Below, piece by piece: positions 34,001-42,641 of a DNA stretch of 64,000 nt. A model generated the notes under the pieces. That model saw only the letters and a list, made by a program, of their open reading frames with translations, did no database searches and was not told the DNA's origin. This DNA comes from Diplonema japonicum (Eukaryota > Protista > Euglenozoa: Diplonemea). How positions within the stretch are numbered: position 1 is the stretch's first letter; every line of letters begins with the position of its first letter. The stretch lies in assembly GCA_964019335.1 (NCBI GenBank), contig OZ025648.1:1127309-1191308 (forward strand), written 5' to 3'. The position numbers were made by a program, and so were the translations under genes.

Positions 34001-35643
34001 CCATCCTACGTCAAAATGGTGTTGAGTGCTGCAATTTGCTGTACGGCGACTACGAGTACCACAGGGAGAGGTTAGAGCTGACGGAGATTGTGGAATGGAT
34101 GGCTCTCATGCAAGCGGGTAATTTTATGTTGCAGTTCGAAGAAGAGAAGGCAAACAGGCTAATAATCACGCACTCGGAGAGCAGGTGCAGAGATCTCATG
34201 ATGAAGGATCACACGCTGGGGGTGCTAAAACTGGACGGCGCCGGCTTTTCTGATCCGTCTTACGGCAGCGACTGGAAGGTGGAGCTGGAAGGTTTACGGC
34301 GTGAAGTAATCCAGAGTGCTGAGCAATCTGAGCGTGCTGGGTTATATAAGGGACTTCTTGAGGCTATGGAACTGACGTGCAGGGCTTCCTATGAGTCGCA
34401 ATGCCAACGGTGGTTTGCCGCTGTTCTTGGAAGGGGTAATCCTATTGTCGTCCAGTACGAATGTGACCGCATTCAAACAAAGATATGGAAGGAAGAGGCT
34501 GTCGCAAGATCTGAGCTGGTCGTGTACCGCATGAAGTCGGCCGAGAAGGCTCAGAGAAAGCAGCTGCTGAAGACATGCGAGCAAGGCTACCACTTCCTCG
34601 GCGTATGGCATGTCATGATATGCAAAGAAATGAAACAGAGGCAGAAGCTAGTCAATGACCACTCAATTTGGTACTTCACATTACGGTCTAGCACACCAAG
34701 CCTCACCACTTCACCTGCCGAAAAAATGCTTCGAAAGAAGATTGAAATGTGTGAGTACTTCTGCAGATGCCACATCAAGGACAGGCTTGTCAAAGAGTTT
34801 CGAGAGATGGAGGACATGCACCGCCTGATGGGGTATTGGCAGTCTAATATGAAAGCCATGAGTAAGATACGAAGCGACTACGTTTTGCTTCAAACAGAAC
34901 GAAAACAAGTCAGGGAGCAGTTGGCACAACGCAAGCCGATTATAAGAAAGGCGTACGACCCCGAACTGCTGATAGTCAGGAAGACACCTCTCCCCCCTGT
35001 ACCGCCGGTTGCCACGGAACTGTACGAAAAAAGTAACGAGATACATGTTCGAAAACAGCCGGCCGAATTATGTAAATGGTGCAAAGCAGAGCTTTCAGGG
35101 AGATATTGTATGTCATGCGGGAGGGACAGCAGTGCCAGTGTCAGTGCAAGAGCGCTCCCCGACCACGTATCTGTTTCGCCCCCACGTTCTGTGAGCAAGC
35201 AGACAGCACTGGTAGAAGCTCAAGCATTGCTGAAGTCAATGATGGAAACAGCCAAGGGCAAAGTGGGAGGCACTTTGTCACCAGAGCCCCCTACAGGGCG
35301 TGTCACGGTCAGCACAGGGACAATGGCACGCCCTTCCCCCACGTACGACACACGCAAGATACCAGACCCCTTCTCTTCTACCCCCCCTCCTTCTTCGGGG
35401 CGCAGGAAGCCTTCTGTTGCATCAGCACCGGACTCCTCCCTGCCTCCTTCTCTTGTAAACGCAGCCAGTAATTTCAACACTTCTCTCCTCCACTTGCAGC
35501 ACATGACAGGCAAACCTCCGGCACCGCGACCCACTCCCCCACCGCCCCCACCAAAGCAAGCGAAGCAAGTAGTTAACGATCCTCCGTCGACTGTTACTGC
35601 GCCTCTCAAAACCTTCTCTTTCGTGGACATCTACAATGCATAG
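31060..35643 (+). CDS. Divergent myosin-like protein with degenerate motor motifs, IQ-like motifs, coiled coil, zinc ribbon and Pro-rich tail
   Basis: SH3-like N-terminus; NELSCLSALHPATFVLALKKRY..GTMVGRNVLLYLTP; AEMKRDALCDALYEGVVQWII; GYPVYLPLQYF; IGHTKVLL; IQTFAR and IQKFGR. Confidence 0.8.
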   Translation: MLGTTVYYRDQVKGWVVGRVDEVIEGGRQVMCCEPDGVAVKVRGEDVAVARTESLGEVPNELSCLSALHPATFVLALKKRYESGVVGTMVGRNVLLYLTPTHNSTLESIVASDSKKADYYNPSTLYPPNYTEPDNQPLQDQVNEGLFEPIGWWTHAKSTYETCMTTGRGTLVCLGEGEGLAWLHRLSAYKIRRQEDTAAVAAIRLGSTTANLPPHEDEFHDDLNYNTGFPALQSPSQRAELCLARQGNGRWLERDKVPATREHLRLTTLLADAHALLETFLGAGGGRRGTSRTDAELEAPYTHPPAPLYCRHVKMSYDSAGVLQGFFLKAYWTSRSETKGPPHAFRLLANSKGRTMYLGPHDHPTWYSPVQFVASGEAFKELQTLFTKLSFKPQDLEAMWGVVGAVMLMKLIKFEEVAGKAEMFTECLDQVAQLIAVSPQVLRYTLCPPRKLSRKAAEMKRDALCDALYEGVVQWIIANMNMRSNAAHVVDAPYIASVINIPGIAKPPPGSLGTLGDLCHNINVDALWGLYDTTVFDTTMQTATAEKCPLDPLLDQLRGRPVLERLNPLLQTLSHLDMNGPSGVSEEKECSHASGESIKYELIAVPAPPLNELYKNGVLGTATGDFVEMLLKRCKKGSMAAEAISVMSELLTVSKAETLSANWLLSINPADTQPSITTNLHSRPLTPFSGILVENGLYSCRIVETALLGKVGYPVYLPLQYFASLCKPIIYPSQLKAIGIMRSVKLIAETVFSSKGMAWEKMMELPPLPVTPAPMHIGHTKVLLTTAAMGRIESIRRFTMNKLAVLIQTFARATLPVRIWKINHNARTIQKFGRIRISRGFAAELLAVRSMKVIAAEMVSLESRRRTWRSIHGVATSRLTYAALKNLLASQARDQELFVEKALKAQYEYGLQESEKLQHQLLKERAQLHQAMQKTECQSVVSDESTLRQFLVSNEITARQVIRQALIPLSFQASECTARLAILRQNGVECCNLLYGDYEYHRERLELTEIVEWMALMQAGNFMLQFEEEKANRLIITHSESRCRDLMMKDHTLGVLKLDGAGFSDPSYGSDWKVELEGLRREVIQSAEQSERAGLYKGLLEAMELTCRASYESQCQRWFAAVLGRGNPIVVQYECDRIQTKIWKEEAVARSELVVYRMKSAEKAQRKQLLKTCEQGYHFLGVWHVMICKEMKQRQKLVNDHSIWYFTLRSSTPSLTTSPAEKMLRKKIEMCEYFCRCHIKDRLVKEFREMEDMHRLMGYWQSNMKAMSKIRSDYVLLQTERKQVREQLAQRKPIIRKAYDPELLIVRKTPLPPVPPVATELYEKSNEIHVRKQPAELCKWCKAELSGRYCMSCGRDSSASVSARALPDHVSVSPPRSVSKQTALVEAQALLKSMMETAKGKVGGTLSPEPPTGRVTVSTGTMARPSPTYDTRKIPDPFSSTPPPSSGRRKPSVASAPDSSLPPSLVNAASNFNTSLLHLQHMTGKPPAPRPTPPPPPPKQAKQVVNDPPSTVTAPLKTFSFVDIYNA

Positions 35644-35728
35644 ATGCTTAGATTTAGAGTATTCTAGACTACCTTTTTCTTTTCAAATTTTACTTAGTTC
35701 TTCCTAGCATAAGTCATTCCAGAAACCC

Positions 35729-36454
35729 ATGAGCTATGAGGGGTTATTGGCGGCCTTAGGTGCGAGTCCTATGACAAGGACACAAGCCAAGTACAAGGTG
35801 GGCGAGGTTAAAGAAGGCAAAGGAAGAAAGGGCGATGATGAAAGGGGGAATGAAAGCTCCTTAACGGCGTTTAGAAAGGCGACATTACCGAAGGTGGCGG
35901 TGAGTTGCCAACCGAGGGTAGCGAAGAAATGGCTGATAGACATGAAACATCAAGAGCTGGGGGGGATTGACGGGAGTGTGCACGGGAGTGAGCGGGTGCT
36001 TGGGTGCATCCCTCAAGAGGTGCTGAATGCTGTGTCAAGTAGTGCTGGTGGTGACATGGAAGTGAAGAAACAACAATGGTTGAACACAAGACGAAACCAG
36101 GCACTCCCTCCTCCCGTTGTTAGCACTCATTCCCAAGTGTCCGCGCAATTTCCCGTTCACAGCCCCACCTCCAAGTCATTAGTACGCATAAAGCGCAAAG
36201 TCACGTCTGCTATCCTTCTCAGTCAAGACATTGATTCTGTCCTTCTCCAGTATACGCGATTCGCAGAGCGGTTCAAAACGCTTTCGCAACGTGACCAGCA
36301 AGCATGGCGCGTCCACTGGAACACACAACACCCGCAGTTGCGCTCCTGCCTCGACAGGTACATTGCTTTAGGGCTTTTAAACGAAGGTGTCCAGAAGTGC
36401 GAATATTCTGCTCTCTTCCAAAAGGGTGTCTTCTTGAATAGTAATGTTGGGTAG
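35729..36454 (+). CDS. Hypothetical protein
   Basis: 241-aa ORF, ATG preceded by TTCCAG, fills the gap in the cluster; no recognised domain. Confidence 0.6.
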   Translation: MSYEGLLAALGASPMTRTQAKYKVGEVKEGKGRKGDDERGNESSLTAFRKATLPKVAVSCQPRVAKKWLIDMKHQELGGIDGSVHGSERVLGCIPQEVLNAVSSSAGGDMEVKKQQWLNTRRNQALPPPVVSTHSQVSAQFPVHSPTSKSLVRIKRKVTSAILLSQDIDSVLLQYTRFAERFKTLSQRDQQAWRVHWNTQHPQLRSCLDRYIALGLLNEGVQKCEYSALFQKGVFLNSNVG

Positions 36455-36560
36455 CACCCGTCGAGCTTACGTTCCTTGCATCTTGGTTTCCACCAGGCCC
36501 TGCACAATAGTTCATGTTCTTGTTTTACCCTACTGCTATTTATGCCGTCGTAGGAGTATA

Positions 36561-37343
36561 ATGCCGCAGTGTCCGCACTGCGACTACTATGTGTTGGAAG
36601 GCGATGTGCTCGATGGGCATCTGACGATCTACCACCCGACAACGGTGGAGGCAAGCCTGGCCGCGACTAGAGTGGTGGAGGCTGCCAAGAGAGCGAAGAG
36701 GGGGCAGAGTGATGTTGTGCTGCACCAATCTGAGGTAGGTTCAGTACCAGCTCCCGTAGTGTCACCAAGGAGAAACGCAGGAGCAACGCGTCATGCAAGG
36801 GACATTCAGGGACAGGCGGGGCACAAGGCGAGGTTTGCGGAGATAATGCAGAGGCAGGAGGCGGAAATGGCGGTCCATAGAAGCGCTCATGAGGAATTGC
36901 AGAGGATAATGGCGAAGCAATCTGAGGAAGCACGAAGGAGTAATGTACAGAAAGAGATGGATGATCTGGAAAAACAAAGCGACTGGCTAGCTACAATTCA
37001 AGCACAGAACGCCAAGCGGTCGCAACGGTTGGATATTGAGAAAGCTCTCAACACGCGTCGTGCTATCGAAGACTCCCTTGCGTTGCAGGCATCACGTGAC
37101 CGCCGCGATAAGGAGCACAGTCTCATTCAGGACCGCATCTCTTGTGACATCGAGCCTGCGATACGATCACTGTTCTCTCAGGCACGCGGGCCACCGCCAC
37201 GTCTTCACTCTATGCCATCTCCCATGCCACGCAGACTCTCCCCAACCCGTTTGCCCACACCCCAGCTCTCCGGTACAACAGTCGCCCCTTTAATGCCTGC
37301 CCCCTCGACACCCCCACCCATCCCTAGAGTGGGCATGATTTAG
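36561..37343 (+). CDS. Hypothetical protein: N-terminal C2H2-like finger, coiled coil, Pro-rich tail
   Basis: MPQCPHCDYYVLEGDVLDGHLTIYH matches CxxC-x12-HxxxxH. Confidence 0.7.
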   Translation: MPQCPHCDYYVLEGDVLDGHLTIYHPTTVEASLAATRVVEAAKRAKRGQSDVVLHQSEVGSVPAPVVSPRRNAGATRHARDIQGQAGHKARFAEIMQRQEAEMAVHRSAHEELQRIMAKQSEEARRSNVQKEMDDLEKQSDWLATIQAQNAKRSQRLDIEKALNTRRAIEDSLALQASRDRRDKEHSLIQDRISCDIEPAIRSLFSQARGPPPRLHSMPSPMPRRLSPTRLPTPQLSGTTVAPLMPAPSTPPPIPRVGMI

Positions 37344-37427
37344 CCCCCATAAGCATTTTGTTGTACTTTGTTTAATAGAATTCTTTCTTCAGCATTTGTT
37401 ATCTCTCCAGGGCGGGGTAGTTACAGA

Positions 37428-40090
37428 ATGGATGTCGATGACTTGACAGCCTACAAGGAAGCGCAGCGAGTAGCGGATGATTTGAAGGCACTGTTGGCGG
37501 AGGAGGTTTTTAATGACTTTAAGGTGGCGGTGAAGTCATCTTCTCAAGTAAGTATGCGGCTCGTTACCATAGAGGGCATTCTGCTGGCTTTGGGGGAAGA
37601 GGAGGTGCTAGAGATCCCTGTAGGCATGGTCCTTAAACCCGACTATCCAGTCTCACCGCCCTACTGCAGGCTGATAATTCCGGAAGGCAGTATTGTGTCT
37701 TCACAAAGCCCTGTTGTTAATGCGAACGCTGTTGTGGTAGCGGCAGCGGTGCCTTCCCTAGCTACTTGGGCATCCACGCCGGAGGACACCAGATCACTTA
37801 TAGATGTGTTTCTGTCCATTGCTTCTGAATGCGCAATACACACTCCCTTCGTTTCGGGTGCTTCTGAATCGGTACCCACATCGGACACAGCTGTACCTGA
37901 ACAGAGGAGATCAGAAGCTGATGCACCTCACTCAGAGGTCGTGCAAGAGCCGGAGAATGTGCCTGTAGAAGCGAACGTGGGAACGGAACTTGAAGTGGAG
38001 CCCGTACTTGAGTCAGAACCTATGCTAGAGCCGACACTCGAGCTTGCCGAACTGGCTCCTGAAGCCGAACTCGAACCACAGCCCGAATTTGAACAAGAAG
38101 ATGTGATTGGGTCCAAATCAGAAGCAAAGCTTGAACATGTGCTGCCTAATCCAGTGCCTGAGCCCGTTTTTGAATCCGATTCAGAAGCAAAGATTGAACA
38201 TGTGCTGCCTAATCCAGTGCCTGAGCCTGTTTTTGAATTGGAACAGGAACCAGAGCCAGAGCTCAGCACAGCTGTTACACTAGAGGTGCCTGAAGCAGTC
38301 GAGCCTGCACCATTTCACACAGTACTTGATCCCATAACAGGAACGGAAGTGACACAAAGTACGGCAGATTGCCCTGAGTCAGTTCCACCTCAAGATTTCG
38401 ACCTCGCCACTGTTACAATTGAGGAGCTAGAGGCTCTGGGCCCCACGTATGACCCGGCAGCTTGTGACCCCAAACCCGACAGTACACCAAGCCCACCGGA
38501 GCCTACATACCAGAGCTTCGAGATTGACGCGTTCACTGGAAAGCGTATTCCTGTGGCCGTAGAACCAACCTCTGTGGACGACCTTGCTGAGCTGGAGGCT
38601 TTGACGATACCTAAGCATGACGTAGGACCCCCAGACCCTGCACCCCACAGTACCGATGTTCTTGAATTGCAGGTACCTAGCTCTGACCTTGCTGCGAGCA
38701 CAGCCAGTATAGACCCTCTTGCCTCGAGTGCAGGCCCTGAGGCCGCTCTTCTCGACCCGCATCCTGTTCTCTCCAATGAAATGGCTTCGCATATCCCGAA
38801 CTCTAGCGTTTTAAGTGCTTTTGCAGAGTTTGACCAAGATGACACTTCCGCGCTAAAGCTTCCTGCCCCCGTTGGTCAAGGTCACAACATCTCCCCTCTT
38901 ACGTTGCCCCCTGCTGATCCCACGGAGCATCATCTGAGGCCTGCCACCGTCGTTGCCAGCATTTCGAATGACGATATGACAGCCCTCATGGCCTCTGCTG
39001 CTGCAAGTCAAGAGGTGCCAGATGCAACACGGATGAATGGGATTGGTGCTGTACATGTTAGTGAAAGTCCAGATGTGGGGTCTGTTGCCCAGCCGATAGT
39101 GGAGCCGACTTCCCAGCCTGCACAGATGAAACCCACGCTTGTGCATTATGACCCATTTGGAAATAGAGGTGCCCCTTCTGGAGGACCGCCTGACGCAGTG
39201 TGCATTGAAGGTAGCGTAAGCTTCTCCGACGTGTTCCCCGTCAATGAAGCAGATGCCGACCATAACGACGAAGAAATGAAAGGAAAGCTGATCGATATGC
39301 TGGCTGAGAGAATGGGCAGGGACCTACAAGTATTCAAGCAAAGTGAGGAAGCCAGGATGAACAGTGTCGTATCGCGTAAGGAGGGCTGGACGATGTCCAT
39401 GGAGAACATCAAGCAGCTCACCACAGTGCTCGAGGAACGGAAGTCCTCTATTGTTGCTGCCTTACCTGATATAGAACAGGCCTTGAAGGATGCGAGGAAT
39501 GCTGAGCGGCGAGCAGTAGAGTTCTTAAACGCACCTGGGCGCGTCTACTTGGACCTCATCGAGTCTGACATCCCACTGCATCAGCAGTGGCTGGAGGTGG
39601 ACGCCCTGGACAAAGCGCTGGAGGACTGCATGCACGGGGTGGAGGAAGCATTGAAGCAAGGGGCTATCGACACCAATCAGTTCCACAAGTGCTGCTTGGA
39701 GATCGGGAGGAGGCTTTTTGAGACAAGAGCATTACAGAATAAGATAAATGCGAGAATACAGATGATGAAAGGGAATCAGGGTGGGGGCGGTGTAGCTCGT
39801 CTTGCCGCCCCTCCCCTCCCTAAAGCGCCCGTGGCAGTATCAGTCCCTGTACCTGTTGCGGCAATTCCCGATGCCAGTGTTGCTGGCATCGTACCACAGT
39901 CCAGCTGCTCTCCGGAGCAGCAGCAGCAAGGCCTCGATACACTACTGGAAGAGTTCCCCGACGCCGACCCGATCTTCGTCAAAGATGTCTTTACAAACAC
40001 AGTATGACACAAACTGCTTCTATTATTACAAACACACAGGGTTACTCAATCAAGCAGAGCCGTGCCATGATGGCACAGCTTATGACATAA
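37428..40090 (+). CDS. VPS23: ESCRT-I Vps23/TSG101-like protein with long acidic insert and C-terminal CUE-like domain; intron 40002-40039
   Basis: UEV domain (LVTIEGIL..IPVGMVLKPDYPVSPPYC), coiled coil, steadiness box (PLHQQWLEVDALDKALEDC..GAIDTNQFHKCCLEIGRRLF). The 38-nt intron completes LLEEFPDADPIFVKDVFTNT|GYSIKQSRAMMAQLMT*. Confidence 0.82.
38118..38237 (+). repeat. 63-nt-period coding duplication (SEAKxEHVLPNPVPEPVFE)
   Basis: Near-identical copies at 38118 and 38181. Confidence 0.9.
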
Positions 40091-40301
40091 ATCGTAATAC
40101 ACAATCTCAATTAAGGGAGCTAAGGGATAGTTTGTGGTTTTGGCTGTTATGTGGGGACTGTACCTTTTTTTTTCCTTCTCTTTTTTGTGAACGGCGCCCC
40201 CGCGAGATTTTTATCCAATTTTTCAATTTTATTACTTTTCTTTTCTTCAAATGCTGCTAACTTCTTGGCCCTTTCTTGATTACTTGCTTCCTTGCACCGG
40301 C

Positions 40302-41594
40302 ATGACCACACAGCAGGGGACAATGGTTATGAGTGAAGAGTACGTAGATGCCGATTCAATATCGCTTGAGCTGCAGTGTGCTGTATGTAGACTGCCTTTT
40401 GTAGAGCCGCATTGTATGCCTTGCGGGCACACCTTCTGTATGCGGTGCCTGGAAAGGGTAAAAAGCGGTGAAGAGATATCGTGTCCAGTGTGCAAGGACA
40501 AGCACAAGTGGTGCGACGTCAGGAAGAGTGACCGGGCCCTCTATGGCCTGCTTGACAACCTTGTTGTGAGGTGTCCCAATGCAGAGTATGGTTGCACGTT
40601 GTGCGTTCCTAGGGGGGAGGTCGCTACACATGTACAGAAGTATTGCGAAATGGCCATAATCGACTGCCCTATCAAGGGATGCTTGCACCAGTGCTGCAGA
40701 CAGGACCTTAACACACACATGGCAAGCTGCCCGTTCAGAGTTAAGACCTGCGAAGCATGCGGTAAGCAAATGCCCTACCTCCACCTGCAAACCCACATCC
40801 CTTCGTGTGGAGGCAAAGAGCTGCGGGCATGCCCACACTGCGACGGAACAGAATTCGGTGCTGGCGTCAGCGTTAGGGACCATTTGTCCAAGTGTGAGGA
40901 ACAGCTAGCGTCGTGTGTGCATAAAAATATTGGTTGTGAGAAGAAGCTGAAGAAAGGTGACATGGCCGAACATCTGGAGAGGTGCCCCTTTGAGTCGATG
41001 AAGGGAGTGCTCAAGAAAATGACATGCCGGTTGGAAGAACAAGACAGGGAGATAAAATTGCTGAAAACCATGTTGGAGAGCTCGAAGCCCCGCAATGGAA
41101 GCCCGTCGGTGTCGCCGTCGCCGCCGTTGCAGATCACACCTGACATGAACGTAGGGGACAAGGTGGGCACACTTGTTGAATTCCAGTGGTTCATCCAAGT
41201 CCTGAAGAAGCCGAGGGGGTCGCTCATATCGCCGAACTTCAGCTTTGCGGACTTAGAGTGGCAGCTGTCGATTGACGGGTCGGACAACGGCATCTACCTA
41301 GCGGCCAACGGTCGTGGCGTCACAGCAACGTACATGATCTCAGTGGCAGAGGGGGACCTGAATCAGACGCAGAAACGGAACTGGGTCAGCCACGGTTGCC
41401 AGGAGTTCGGGGTTACAAAGTGGGGCTGCCCTGGCATCATGTACTGTTACTATGAAAAGGGCATTGTTGTGACGGCCGCCTTCACTCATGTCATTTCCCC
41501 CATTAATATAGTGTCACAAGACAACAGCTGGGTCGTTGGTGTCGACTCGCATCACGGCACTGCTTCCAGCTACCCCCCCGCCGTGCGAACATAA
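40302..41594 (+). CDS. TRAF-like protein: RING, TRAF-type zinc fingers, coiled coil, MATH-like domain
   Basis: CAVC..PCGHTFCMRC..CPVC; LDNLVVRCPNAEYGC; repeated H-x3-C fingers; FQWFI..SPNFSFADLEWQL..KWG. Confidence 0.85.
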   Translation: MTTQQGTMVMSEEYVDADSISLELQCAVCRLPFVEPHCMPCGHTFCMRCLERVKSGEEISCPVCKDKHKWCDVRKSDRALYGLLDNLVVRCPNAEYGCTLCVPRGEVATHVQKYCEMAIIDCPIKGCLHQCCRQDLNTHMASCPFRVKTCEACGKQMPYLHLQTHIPSCGGKELRACPHCDGTEFGAGVSVRDHLSKCEEQLASCVHKNIGCEKKLKKGDMAEHLERCPFESMKGVLKKMTCRLEEQDREIKLLKTMLESSKPRNGSPSVSPSPPLQITPDMNVGDKVGTLVEFQWFIQVLKKPRGSLISPNFSFADLEWQLSIDGSDNGIYLAANGRGVTATYMISVAEGDLNQTQKRNWVSHGCQEFGVTKWGCPGIMYCYYEKGIVVTAAFTHVISPINIVSQDNSWVVGVDSHHGTASSYPPAVRT

Positions 41595-41789
41595 CATTAC
41601 ACAGTTTGTCCCCAAAGTGTTTACACGTCTAACGTTTGTGGGTTTCTTTTTCTCTATTTCTTCTTCTTCTTTTTTTTAAAAGTCTATCCCTCATGGTTCC
41701 TTTTTTTTTTTGTCTTCCATTTGCCTCTACACGTAACTTACATATTCCACGTAAATGCACCGCCGGCATCTTTTACCACAGGTGACAAC

Positions 41790-42491
41790 ATGAAGTCCAC
41801 GGAGAAGAAGAAGAAGGTAAAGAAGAAGCCCTTTGGGTACGACATGGTGATGTCAGCGACGCCGTCGTTCCTTGTTCTGACGCTGGGGATAATGGGATTT
41901 GTGTTTTACTGGCAAAACATGCAGCTGGAGAACATGCTTGGGGGGGAGGTGGGGCTTGTGGTGCGAAGAGTAATTGATGGCGACCAGTTCCTGGCCAACA
42001 CTGATGATGGGTATCTTGTGAAGGTGAGGCTGCGGGCCGTAGATGCTCCCGAGCTGGACCAGCCTTTCGGGAAGCAGGCGGCAGCTGGCCTTACAGAGAT
42101 GCTCACAAAGCCGCACACGGATGTCATCGCCTTCTTCTACGAGCGTGATCATGAAGGACGCTACATCGCTGATGTTTTCACGCAGACAAGCGTCTGGGCG
42201 GAGTTCACCTACATCCAGTCTGCCCTCATCAAGGAGGGTCTGGCATGGCATTTTGGCACCTTCGACAAAAGAGTGAAGCTGAAGGAGCTCATGGCAAACG
42301 CGTCGAACGCCAAGATAGGTCTTTGGCAGGACGAAGACCCCTTGCCACCGTGGAGGCATAGGAAGACGAAGGAACGCGAGGCTGAGGTATGGTCGAACGA
42401 GAATGGGTTTGCGAAAAAAGAACCCCCCCACACAGCTAGCAAGGCAGCAAGGAAGAAAAAACCGAAGAGAAAGGGAAAGGGAAAGGGATAG
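41790..42491 (+). CDS. Membrane-anchored staphylococcal-nuclease-like (SNase/LCL3-like) endonuclease
   Basis: TM segment FLVLTLGIMGFVFYW; VIDGD, VRLRAVDAPELDQPFG, DHEGRYIADV, LIKEGLAW, KIGLWQD..PPW. Confidence 0.88.
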   Translation: MKSTEKKKKVKKKPFGYDMVMSATPSFLVLTLGIMGFVFYWQNMQLENMLGGEVGLVVRRVIDGDQFLANTDDGYLVKVRLRAVDAPELDQPFGKQAAAGLTEMLTKPHTDVIAFFYERDHEGRYIADVFTQTSVWAEFTYIQSALIKEGLAWHFGTFDKRVKLKELMANASNAKIGLWQDEDPLPPWRHRKTKEREAEVWSNENGFAKKEPPHTASKAARKKKPKRKGKGKG

Positions 42492-42589
42492 GATACCCGA
42501 TAGGAGACGGTCGTCCAGGACCTCAAGACTTTAAAAGAATGTTAGACATAACACAATTTAATCTATTTGCACTGTTGACGTACTTCCTC

Positions 42590-42593
<4 letters not shown>

Positions 42594-42628
<35 letters not shown>
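42594..42628 (+). repeat. (AC)n microsatellite ending at a CAG just upstream of the ATG at 42642
   Basis: About 17 AC units followed by G. Confidence 0.9.
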
Positions 42629-42629
<1 letters not shown>

Positions 42630-42641
42630 CTGATACAAAAC

